Below are positions 13,092 through 24,904 of a stretch of 64,000 nt of DNA, in pieces. A program made the translations under genes and the position numbers. Under the pieces are notes generated by a model. That model did not search any database. It saw only the letters and a program-made list of their open reading frames with translations, and was not told where the DNA came from. This DNA is from Octopus sinensis (taxonomy: Eukaryota): the NCBI RefSeq assembly GCF_006345805.1, contig NC_042997.1:125798001-125862000 (forward strand), read 5' to 3'. The first letter of the stretch is position 1; each line of letters begins with the position of its first letter.

Positions 13092-13402
13092 AGATCTCTG
13101 AGCGAGATATAAACAGTAGCTGCAACACATTGTGAAGTATATTTGCCACTTAAATGTGGCTAACCCCTAAGGGTGGATGCTACTGTAGCTTGTAGCCCCA
13201 GGAGGACATCTCCTCCAGCTGGCTATTGACACACTTTCTGTGCCCTGTCAGTATTTGCAAAGGGAAGCCATCCTTCCCATCTTCAACCTATGATGCACAC
13301 GGACTCGAGTTTCTGGGCATTGACCCGTCATCAGCGTACGACAATCACGAGTTGTCAATGAGAAGTAGGCCTCCCTTTGCAAATATATATCCTTTTTCCA
13401 GT
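13092..13402. mobile_element. ~310-bp element between (AAT)n tracts containing a hammerhead ribozyme
   Basis: GC-richer non-coding block bounded by (AAT)n on both sides, within the R4/Dong-like cluster. Confidence 0.6.
13252..13385 (-). ncRNA. Type I hammerhead ribozyme with ~50-bp extended helix I
   Basis: Minus strand gtcgtacg-CTGATGA(13334-13328)-c-gggt caat gccc-a-GAAA(13313-13310)-ctcga-GTC(13304-13302)|cgtgtgc; palindromic ACTCGAGT helix III; arms 13385-13335 and 13301-13252 pair by eye at about 44 positions. Confidence 0.8.
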
Positions 13403-13439
13403 GATAATAATAATAATAATGAATAATAATAATAATGAT

Positions 13440-14163
13440 TGGAAAGTGAAAAGATAGATAAATACAACCCTCTTTAGTATGAAATATCCTGGCTTTGGAA
13501 AATGTAGTATCAGAAAGCATCAAGAGGGATATAAAGGAAATTGGAATAGAGTGCCCAGTAGAACTATTATAAAAGGTCTGCCTCTTTGGCATGGCCAGAA
13601 TAATCAGGAAAATATTAGATAGCTGAAAAGAATGAATAGTATGGTACCATAGGTTGTATGTAGTAAGCCCGCTATGCATGCAAGACTCCAGGAGATCCAA
13701 CAAAATCTGTGATAAAGAGAAATAATAATAATGTCTTGATATAAAAGATGGGCTACAGCAAATATTCTGCTCAATACCACAGATTTGCTTGTCAGTTGTT
13801 TGACTTTAACTAGTTGAGCAGAAGTAGTGGGGGAGCATCATAGCCATGTGTTGAGAGAAATTCTTTGAGGTTTGGATAATTTACCTTCGGAAACATGGGA
13901 GTTTCATTGAACATCCTTAAACAACCCTTATTCAAAGACCTTTTAAGTAGGATGGTCTACTCAACCTGAAGAAAATTCTATCTGGGCCCCACCTGCAAGG
14001 TCTAGCACTGTTTATCTTGATATGAGATCACCATATTATGCACATATGGTTGTTATGCATATGCCTGGTGTACCCTTATTAGACGGGTAGTTATGATGGG
14101 TATACTGGGCTTCATATATTTTACTGCAGTGTCACTTTGATAGCATGCACTGCTCTCTCACTC

Positions 14164-14207
<44 letters not shown>

Positions 14208-15700
14208 TGATGATGATGATGATGATGATAATAATAATAAATACAAATATAAAAAAGAACCCATAGAACCTAACAACTATGAAGAAAAAGAAGAAACAGC
14301 AAAAGCTGTAAAACAACTGAAATCCAAACTAAAAACTGGAATGGCAACAGATCATGATAAAACGATGGCAAGAAAATCCCTTACATGGCAAATATTGGGT
14401 TAAACTAAACATAAAAGAAATAGACAAAGCAAAATCCCAACAATGGCTGAGAAGCACGGGACTCAAAGCAGAGACTGAAGGATTTTTAATTGCAGCACAA
14501 GATCAAAGCCTTCCTACCAGAAGTCACCAAATACGTGTAATGAAAAAAAATACAATTAACTGCAGAATATGTGAAAATGGAGAAGAAACAATGAATCATA
14601 TAAGAAGAAGAAGAAGAAGATCAAACAAAAAAGGTGTGTTTTTTTAATTGACGTGATTATTCCTTGCGATCACAATACAGTGGCAAAAGAATTTGACAAG
14701 ATCAGTAAATATAAAGACTTGCTGATAGAAATTGAAAAAATGTGGCATCTCATGGTGACTACAGTACCAGAGATTGTAGGATCTTTAGGAATGATAAAAA
14801 AAGGTACTGAAACCTATTTGAAAATGATACCAGGCTTACCATCCTTACAGGAAATGCAAAAAATCGAGTTAACTGGAACGACCCATGTACTGAGAAGTGC
14901 ATTATCGCTGTGAAAACAACATCCATTCAGGAATTTATTTATTTATTAATTCTTTAAATACATATTTTACCTGTGAATTTGTGTGTGTAATCTGGGAATG
15001 CATACAATGAGCTTCTCTGCCCTAGGTGTACGGAAAACACTCGGCAAGAAATCGAAGAAAATTTGAAGAAAGAAGGGAAAAAAGCAATAATAATAATAAT
15101 AATGCTTTCAAGTTTTGGCACAAGGCTATCAACTTCAGGGGCAGGTTAAGCCAATTACATTGACTCCAGTATTGAACTGGTACTTATTTCATCAGCCCCT
15201 AAAAAGATGAAAAGCCAAGTTGACAGAGTCGGGACCTATATGCATTGGAAGCTATGCCAACACTCTGGAATGACAACAGAAGATGGTATAGGCATATCCC
15301 AGAAAAAGGTCACAGAAAAATGAGAAACCAACCATACTCTGGGATATGCCAATACATACAGATACAGAGATCAAGGCTAATAGACTGGATATAGTTGTCA
15401 GAGATCATCAAGAAAAAATACTTTCTAATCGATGTATCAATCCCAACAGATGACAACGTGTCTCTAAAAGAAATTAAGAAACTCCCAAAATACAAAGATC
15501 TGGAAATAGAGGTAACCCAAATGTGGAGCCTAAAAACAGAAACAATCCCCATAATAATATATAATAGGTGCATTAGGTGTGATTAAAAAACATTCAGACA
15601 AGTACATAATCAAAGCACTAGGACTTATGAAGATATATAACATACAGAAAATATTACTACTAAGCACCATGCACATCCTATGTAAAACATTTTCAACACA
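13440..15700 (+). mobile_element. Cluster of R4/Dong-like (restriction-like endonuclease) LINE 3' fragments
   Basis: WLRSTGLKAETEGFLIAAQDQSL...CRICENGEETMNHI (14354-14605, CCHC finger); KEFDKISKYKDLLIEIEKMW...VGSLGMIKKG (14653-14913); IDVSIPTDDNVSLKEIKKLPKYKDLEIE (15400-15560); a decayed piece at 13440-13620; a non-coding 3' piece at 13735-14163. Most pieces abut (AAT)n. Confidence 0.8.
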
Positions 15701-17725
15701 GTGAAAATAAGAGTACCATAACAAACCACAGCACATACCCAAGACACACAGAACTGCACTCGGTAGTGCAGTGAAAGCATGTGATAAAAATAAGACTACT
15801 GACTAATAATAATATTGGTTTCAAATTTTGGCACAAGACCAGCAATTTCAGGGGAGGGGAAGCATCAGCTTCCTCCTCCTCCTCCACCTCCACCTCCTCC
15901 TCCTCCTCCTCCTCCTCCTCATCATCATCATCATCATCATCATCATCTTCTTTTAACATCTACTCTTCCATGTTTGTATGTGCCAAAGAGAGCTAAATCA
16001 TTTAATGTGACTCTCTCTTATTTAAGATAAGGTGTGACTTAAAGAGAGATGTGACTGTAATTTCTTGCAAATGGAGCAACCACATATAGGATCTGCTGTT
16101 GGGTTAATATATAGAGATAAGGCAGATAGAGAGCTGTTGTGGTTTAGCCCTGGGTCAACCATAATTGAGCACACCTATGATCAAAGTCATTACAGCCTTA
16201 ATGATTACATTTTATCAAGTATTATGTATCTAAGACTACATTATTCAATGTGTGCAGATAGGTATAATTGGGGGAAATTTGTCAGCTGTTTCTAGCATGT
16301 CAAGTGACCATGTTGAGGTTCCCTTGCTAGTCGAAGGAATATGGCAGTGATAGTGGCGGGGGGGGGAGATTATTATGTCAGTATATAGTGGTAGGTGGTG
16401 GGTAGTGGTTATTGTGGCAGGGTGAAGATACGTAACAGTAAGGTGGAAATACAGTGGTGCGGGAGGTACATAACAGGGGCGGGTAGAGATATATAATAAT
16501 AAGGTGGAGATATATACTGAGGTAGATGGAGATATATTGGGATGGATGGAAGTACGTAGAGGTAGAGTGAAGGTATATAGTGATGGCAGCGAGCTGGCAG
16601 AATCGTTAGCACGCCGGGCGAGATGCTTAGCGGTATTTCGTCTGCCACTACGTTCTGAGTTCAAATTCCACCGAGGTCAATTTTGCCTTTCATCCTTTCG
16701 GGGTCGATTAAATAAGTACCAGTTACGCATTGGGGTCGATATAATCGACTTAATCCGTTTGTCTGTCCTTGTTTGTCGTCTCTGTGTTTAGTCAAAGGGC
16801 CAGTTATCTGGTTTCCATGGCGTGGTACCATGTAAAATGCATCCATGCTGATGTCACATAGGGAGTACCTGTGCCTGCACCACATAAAGGTCACCCATGC
16901 TAGTGTCGCATAAAAAACAGCATCTGTGCCAGAACCGTGTGAAATGCACCCATGCCAGTGTCACAGAGGGAAGCACCTGTGCTAGTGTTACACAAAGAGA
17001 ACTCAATACACTTTGTAAAGTGGTTGGTATTAGGAAGGGAAGGCAGCAAGCTGGCAGGAACATTAGCATGCCGGGTGAAATGCTTAGCAGTATTTCGTCG
17101 GCCGCTACGTTCTGAGTTTAAATTCCGTCGAGGTCGACTTTGCCTTTCATCCTTTCGGTGTCGATTAAATAAGTACCAGTTACGCTCTGGGGTCAGTATA
17201 ATCAACTTAATCCGTTTGTCTGTCCTTGTTCATCCTCTCTGTCTGTTCTTGTTCGTCCCTTGTGAGCAATAAAGAAATAGGTATTAGGAAAGGGCATCCA
17301 GCCGTAGAAATCATGTCGAAATGGATGACTGGAGCCTGGTGCAACTCTCCAGCTTGCCAGCTCCTGTTAGACTGTCCAACCCATGCCAGCATGGAAAACA
17401 GGTGTTAGATGATGATGATGATGGGGTGGTGATGGTAATGATGATGATGATGATAAGGAGGATGAGGAGGAGGTGGGGTAGTGGTGGGGGAGGGGGGAGG
17501 GGGAGGAGGATCTAAGGTCACAACATTCCCTCTGAATGAGGCTCTAGTTTGGCTCAGGGCTGCTCATTTACAGCTGACTGAACAGGAACATTATAAAACA
17601 AAGCGTTTTGTGAACTAACACAATGCACCACCCAGTCTGGGAATCGAATGCATACAATCGTGGGGGTGGGGTTTATTTTTGTGTTCATAATTGTATTAAT
17701 GATTCTGTTTCATTTATTTTTCCAG

Positions 17726-17821
17726 ATAATGATGGTGACTTGATTCATTTCACATCAGATGAGGAACTTGCTGAAGCCCTGAGAACTGCTGTAGATGGAG
17801 TTCTTAAAGTCTTCATCCAAG
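17726..17821 (+). CDS. SQSTM1: SQSTM1/p62-like, PB1 acidic (OPCA) exon
   Basis: ttttccag|...|gtagga; phase 1 to 1, 96 nt; (D)NDGDLIHFTSDEELAEALRTAVDGVLKVFIQ aligns to human [32 protein letters not shown]. Confidence 0.9.
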
Positions 17822-17869
17822 GTAGGAAATTGATGTAAATACCAGTTGGATTGGGAGGGGAGGAGCTGG

Positions 17870-17886
17870 ATATGTTGCTGTTGATG

Positions 17887-17918
<32 letters not shown>

Positions 17919-18025
17919 GGTTGTGGTGGTGATGGTGGTGGCGGCAGCGGTGGTGGTGGTGGTGGTGGTGACAGTGGTGCTGGTGCTGGTAGTGCTGGTG
18001 GTGGTGGTGGTGGTGGTGGTGGTGG

Positions 18026-18080
<55 letters not shown>

Positions 18081-18092
18081 TGCTGCTGCTGC
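17870..18092. repeat. Compound (GTT)(GTG)(CTG)n trinucleotide tract
   Basis: Direct inspection; gives the poly-Q/H ORF on the minus strand. Confidence 0.95.
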
Positions 18093-18967
18093 TGTCCCTG
18101 CCACTGCTCAGGAATCCCAACTCTGCCCTCAGTTTAAGATTCTCTGCTCTGCCATTCCAGTTAGTTCCTGTATGCACTACCAGAGAATCTTACAGCCATA
18201 GACTGGACACTCCTGACCTCTTGCACATTGATAGATTTTGGTCCTATTTGACCTCTCACACTCTAGATGTGGGACAGAAGGTTATATTCACAAGCAAAAA
18301 ACTATTGGTGTGTGACATGGGAGAGAAGGTTTCCAAATAACCAACCCTTTTTCCCCAGAACATCAACCCTCTAGAGATCCCTTCCAACTGGAAGGGATCT
18401 GTAGGGGGTTGGTGTTCTGGAAAACATCAAACATGTGCTTAGCAGCTGCTCAAAGATGTGTGACATAGGGGATAATGTTGTCCCTATGTGACATGACGTT
18501 ATTGCAAAAATGATATGCCCTCTGGAGAAAAGACTGTCCTGGAATAAATATACAGAAACCCCTTTTTATTGAATCATCATCATCATCATCGTTTAACGTC
18601 CGTTTTCCATTCTAGCATGGGTTGGATGTTTCGACCAGGGGTCTGGGAAGCCAGGAGGCTGCACCAAGCTCCAGTCTGATCTGGCATTGTTTCTACAGCT
18701 GGATGCCCTTCCTAATGCCAACCACTCCGAGAGTGTAGTGGGTGCTTTTTACGTGCCACTGGCACAGAGGCCAGTCAGGCAACGTTGGTAGTAAGGCATG
18801 ACATTGTCTTTGTCATCTACATTCCAACGATAGAGCTCTGTATCTTTGTTAGAAACCAGATCCTTCCTCGGAGGAATAATTTAAATAATCTAAAACAGAA
18901 GAGAATGTATATACATACATGCACAGAGCTGCCATCATGAGACATGCAGGCTTAAATAACTATTTAA

Positions 18968-19601
18968 CCCTTTTGTTACTCTATTTATTTTGAGATGCTC
19001 TGTGTTTCTTCCAATTATTTTAAATCATCATTATCATCATCATCATCATCATCATCATCATTTAACGTCCATTTTCCATGCTAGCATGGGTTGGATGGTT
19101 CGACCGGGGTTCGGTAAGCCATGGAGGCTGCACCAGGCTCCAGTCTGGTTTGGCAGTGTTTCTACAGCTGGATGGCCTTCCTAACGTCAACCACTCCGTG
19201 AGTGTCATGGGTGTTTTTTACATGCCACTGGCACAGGGGCCAGAAGAGGCTGGCAAACAGCCACGATCAGTTGGTGCTTTTACATGTCACCGACACGGAC
19301 GCCTGTCAGGCGGCACTGGCATCTGCCACGTTCGGACGGTGCTTTTTACGTGTCACCGGCACAGGTGTCTTAACTACAATTTCCATTTGATTTATATTTT
19401 GATGCTGGTGCTGACGTACTTGACTCAATAGGTCTCCTTGAGAATAGCAGGTAGTAAAATAACATCGTTATCATTAAGCTAGTGTTAGGAACATAAATTG
19501 TGACTAAGATTAGGTGGAAAATTTGAATTCAAAACTTATGAAAACAAGACATTTATACTAAAGAGCCAGAGCCAGTTTCAGCTAGGTTGGTAACAAAAGG
19601 G
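18968..19601 (+). mobile_element. piggyBac-type MITE, second copy, with nested RTE tail
   Basis: TTAA at 18964-18967 and 19602-19605; CCCTTTTGTTAC/GTAACAAAAGGG TIRs. Confidence 0.85.
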
Positions 19602-20489
19602 TTAAAATGCCTTTTTGAATGTTTTTCTTGTACAATTATGCTGACTCCTCCAGGGCAAATCAGGAACTGCTTTTTTTTTTTTTTCTTCAGTTATAAATAA
19701 AAGTGGCACCCATTACTTACCAATGTAGCATTATTCAAACCAGATTTAAAATATATACATTACAGCACATGAAATTCTACTAATATGATCCTAGCTGAAC
19801 CTGATAATAACAACACCAACGCAAACAGTACTATGATACCAGTAAGCTATTTAAGATGAAACAGATTAGTAAAAAAATATGCTAGACTTTTCTCAAGTTC
19901 AAAATAAGAATTTATTTTTGCTATCTACATTCCAATGATGGAGCTTCATATCTTTGCTAGACATTACCTTCTTCATTACAGGAAGATTTCGAATAATTAA
20001 AAATAGAAGAGAACATATATGTTATAAAGTAAAGTAGACACTTTCGTAGATAATGTAGTAAGCTAAGAAGTTTTAATTAAAATTATACTTTTAATAAGAA
20101 TAATTATTATGTAAATGACTAATTATGGTAACAAAAAATGTTTGGCAGACAACTCCAAAACTTTAATTAAATTGAATTAAATTAAACATGGAAAGCAGTG
20201 GAGAAGTAAGTCTGATTTTTATCAGTATTGGTACCAACTCTCAGACATGTTTCGGTCATATGCAATCTCTTCAGCAAATCAGAGTTTAGTTATTACCACA
20301 TATCTTAGATGACTCAAGAATAATTAAGGATTTTGTTACATGAAAGCAGTATATTGTTTAACTTAAAAGAATGACAGCAAAGGAGTGCCTAGGGATGGCT
20401 GCTGCATGAAAACTTACTAGTGAAGTGATAAAGAGGACACATTTGTGTTCATTCACAAAAATCCTATATATTTTTCTCATCATCTAAGA

Positions 20490-21580
20490 CAGGGGTTCTT
20501 AACAAAAGTCCACATGAACTTTGGAATTCCATATAAGATTTTGTCATCAATATTTATGTGCAATAAACTGGTTACAGTGCTACAATATGCAAAATATTTT
20601 AACACTTATTTTATACAGTTTCTAATCATTTTTAATTATAAATGTATATATGTGCAGGTGCCACAATATGTCTACCTGTGCTGAGATATCAAAAAGGAGA
20701 TCTCACGGAGAGTAAGGGCCGGATGGAAGGCATTTAATGGCATAAGGGATGTGCTCAAGGGAAGGTTGGACAGGACCACCTGCGCCAACCTCATCAATAG
20801 CACAGTTCTACCTGCAATGTTATATGGTAGTGAAACATGGGCTACAACAAAGAGAGAAGAACAGAGATTGGTAATGGCTCAAAGAGCCATGGAGAGGTCA
20901 ATACATGGAATCTCGTTGAGAGAGCACATCAGTAGTGAGGTCATCAGAGAGAACTCCGGCGTGAGGGATGTCATCATAGAATATACACGCAGCAAGTTTA
21001 GATGGACTGGACACGTCGCCCGGCTCACCGATATTCAGTGGACTCACGCTGTTGTCAAGTGGTACCCGCACAAGCGGAAACGACCACTCAGAAGGCTTCC
21101 GCGACGGTGGAGTTACGATTTCAGGATGGCGATTGGGATCACGTGGATGAGAAAGGCGCAATCCAGAGAGGAGTGGACAGCATGCTGTGACCAGCAGTGT
21201 CAAATGGATGCCCGATGGACTGGTCAGTCAAGGTGATCAAGGCAATATGTGCAGGTGCCACATGAAAAGTACTCTTGCCAGTGCCACATGAGAGTGCTCA
21301 TGTGGTGCCATGTTAAAAACACCCAGCACACTCTGTAAAGTATTGGTGTTAGGAAGGGCATCCGTCCTTAGAAACGAAGCCAAATCAGATTGAAACCTGG
21401 TGCAGCTGTATACTTTGTCAGCTCTAGTTAAACCAACCAACCTATGCCAACATGAAAAACAGACGGAGGAGGAGGGCAGGAAAAGGAGGTGGGGTTAAAC
21501 ATCAAATGATTTTGAGGGTCCATCCAAATGAAACAGTTTATCAAGAGGATCCATAGGAAAATAATGGTTGTAAATCACTG
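20490..21580 (+). mobile_element. hAT (Charlie-like) MITE with two nested retroelements
   Basis: CAGGGGTTCTTAAC...GTTGTAAATCACTG; 8-bp TSD atctaaga/atttaaga. Related copy at 45333-45726. Confidence 0.75.
20666..21244 (+). mobile_element. 5'-truncated RTE-1-like LINE with 18-bp TSD
   Basis: TSD atatgtgcaggtgccaca at 20648-20665 and 21245-21262; stop-free 20685-21233 (EISRRVRAGWKAF...VLPAMLYGSETW...RWTGHVAR...RPLRRLPRRW). Confidence 0.9.
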
Positions 21581-22585
21581 ATTTAAGATCTGTTTCACTG
21601 AAGAGATCTAATAATACTGAAACATGTCTGGGCTTGTTGTTGTACTGTTAAAGAGATGACTTACTCACCACTGCATTCTCTATTTAATTAATTTTAATTA
21701 AAATTTTAAGATGTTTCCCTGTCTTTGTTTGTTTTTTTTTAGTGGAATTAGTAATTTAGATAATGAGTGTTTTCATTGCTAAGGGTGAATTTTAATTAAT
21801 TAATTAATCAAAACTTCTAAGATGGCTATATCAAACATATTTTACTATTGAGTTTTCATGCAGCAAGCCTCCCTAAGTAGTTTTCCTTAGTTCTTTGTAC
21901 ATTTATTTTATTTTATTTTTCCATGCTAGTATGGGTTACACTAATTCATATTGCCAGTACTCTGTCAGTTACTACAATGAGTGTCCAGTTAATCCAATCA
22001 ATAGAAAAGTCTTCTCATGAAATTAATGTACAAGTGGCTGAGCACTCCACAGATATGTATTCGCTTAATGTAGTTCTTAGGGATATTCTGCATGACACAG
22101 AACACGACAAGGCTGGCACATTAAAATACATAACCTTCTCATTTTTGCCACCTGTGTAGACTGGAACATCATCATCATCGTCATAGTTGTTTAACGTCCA
22201 CTTTCCATGCTGGCATGGGCTGGACAGTTTGACTGAGGACTGGTAAGCTGGAAGGCTGTACCAGGCTCCAATCTGATCTGGCAAGGTTTCTACAGCTGGA
22301 TGCCATTCCTAACGCCAGCCACTCCAAGAGTGTAGTGGGTGCTTTTACGTTCCACCGGCATGGGCCAATCAGGCAGCACTAGTATCGACCACGCTTGAAT
22401 GGTGTTTTTTGCATGCCGCCAGCACAGGAGACAGTCAGACGGCACTGGCATTGACCACACTCAAATAGTGCTTTATACATGCCACTGGCACAGGAACCAC
22501 TCAGGCAGAACTGGCATTGACCATGCTCAAATGGTGCTTCTTCATGTCACCAGCATGGGAGCCAGTCAGGTGGCACTGGCATCGA

Positions 22586-23055
22586 CCTTTGTTAATAACT
22601 TTTTCAAGCTTTTAGGCTGTCTTTTACTGAGAGCTATAGTTTGGTCTGTAATGATATCTCTTAATTCCTTACTTTGAGCCATGATTGGTAGGTTTGCTTT
22701 AGCGATATTGAAGATGTTCTGGTGGCATGGATTGTGCGTCACCATAAATAGTATGATTTGTTCTTGTTTTCTCTTCTTTGTGTTGTCCTCAGTTGTTGTG
22801 TGGGTATTTTCATAGCCCACTGAATACCATTTTTTATAAGTAGTGACGGGTATTTTTGTTTGAGCAGAAATTCTTTCAGTTCCATCAGGTGCTGATTCCT
22901 GATCTTCAAATCTTATACAATGGTACAGATTCTTCTGGCAAAGCAGTATGGGATGTTATGTTTTGTATGCGGTGGATGGCACAATTTAAAATTCAGGTAT
23001 TGATGTGTATCTGTGTGTTTATAATATATATCTGTGGTAATGGTGGTGTTCTTTT
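22586..23055 (-). mobile_element. Penelope-like element, RT C-terminal/linker part (inverted segment)
   Basis: Minus strand TDIYYKHTDTHQYLNF...HPPHTKHNIPYCFARRICTIV...SKRQPKSLKKLLTK. Confidence 0.85.
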
Positions 23056-23323
23056 TAATTACCATTATATCTCGTTCATCATCGTTTAACATCCGCTTTC
23101 CATGCTAGCATGGGTTGGACGATTTTGACTGAGGGCTGGCGAACCAGATGGCTGCACCAAGCTCCAATCTTAATCTGGCAGAGTTTCTACAGCTGGATGC
23201 CCTTCCTAACGCCAACCACTTCGAGAGTGTAGTGGGTGCTTTGTACGTGGCACGGGCACCAGTCAGGCGGTACTGGCAACAACCTCGCTCAAATCTAAGA
23301 ATGGTAATTTGCTTCTGCTTATC

Positions 23324-23773
23324 TTATTAACAAAGGCAAAGTTTGACCTTAGCAACAAAGACCAACCATTCACTTTGTCTAAATGCAATGATAGCCGATG
23401 CAGTACATGCCAATTAATTAATACCGGCCCATATATGAACACAGAAACGGGGGAAATATTCACAAACGCAAATATGAATTGCAAAAGCAGAAATTTAATC
23501 TGCTGCATCAAATGCCCAAATTGTGAAAAACTGTTGTGAATAACTGTTGGCCAGACAAGCAATGCATTATCAGAACGCTCACATGTGCACCGACAACAAA
23601 TTAAAAATCCAGAAGTCTGCAAAATACCACTGAGTAACCACCTAGCAACATGTGGCTGGAAATTATTTATAATATTTCCTTTTCATAAACTATACAAACT
23701 GAATGAAATCAAGAGAAAACTGACAGAAAAGGATTTTATTAATAAATCCAAACCCAAGCTTAATAAACAATGA
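23324..23773 (+). mobile_element. Penelope-like element, GIY-YIG endonuclease part
   Basis: LLTKAKF...KCNDSRCSTCQLI...NCKSRNLICCIKCPNC...VGQTSNALSER..HRQQI...FINKSKPKLN; one internal stop. Confidence 0.85.
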
Positions 23774-23779
23774 TAAAAA

Positions 23780-23810
<31 letters not shown>

Positions 23811-24249
23811 TGTATGTATGTATGTATGTATGATGTATGTATGTATGTATGTATGTATGTATGTATACACACACACACACACAACAGTCTTTGAGTTTTT
23901 GTCTATCAAGCCCATTCATAAGACATTAATCAACCTGGGGCTATAGCAGAAGATACTTGCCCCAAATCTCATGCAATGGGACGGAACCTATAACCTCACA
24001 GTTTTGAAAGAAACTTCGTAACCATACAGCCATGTCTTATATTTTTTTTTTGTATTGTAAGATGTGAACTTATGCCACATGATTAATAAACATTACACTT
24101 TGTATAAACATTGAACTTGAAAGGAAACGGATAAAGTGCTTGTCTAAATTCAAAACAACAGAAGCCATTTGATAAATTATACACAGAATTTCATGCATTA
24201 AATTAGCATTAAACGATGATGATGATTATGATGATGACTATTGTTATTA

Positions 24250-24283
<34 letters not shown>

Positions 24284-24904
24284 TATTATGAATTGGAAAT
24301 CATTCACTTTTTTATTCAGTTAATAATTAATATTTATAGATTTTGTCTGAGATGTTGTCTGCCTCACCTACCCAGACAGCACATCTCGGCACCGTGCTAT
24401 TATAACTACCACCACCACCACCACTACAACCACCACACTACAATCACTATCACTACTATCACCACCACTACCACCACCACCACCACCACCACCACTTCCA
24501 TCACCACTCTGTAACCACCACCAAATTACTATGGCCATTACTGATACACCACTTCAATCAACACTGGTAAATCTTCCAGTATTAATTTAGCTAATTTCTT
24601 GTAATTCCTTGTTATAGATAAAGCTAAATTCTACATTATGTATAGTTATTGGAGGGATTAACTTATAAAACTCCAACTCACCAAATTAATAAAGATTAAT
24701 TGAAGCAATATATAATACTGGACCATAATTTACATTCCTGGAAGTGAACAGGAAGTTCTGTACTAAGTCTGTTAGAAATTCTACTTGTTGCTCATTTAGA
24801 TAATGTTGTCTTAAGATATTATTATGAATCAACTGCTAATGTTACTAATATAAATGATAATACCTTGGGAGTGGATTGAGCAGATGGAGACAGTGAGGAA
24901 GCCT

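Noticed and set aside
16330-16580. G-rich degenerate repeat (ggtggagatatata-like)
   Set aside because: Ordinary decayed simple repeat; its minus-strand ORFs are uninformative.
17745-18201. Poly-Q/H, poly-T/S and poly-V/L ORFs
   Set aside because: Translations of an intronic trinucleotide tract.
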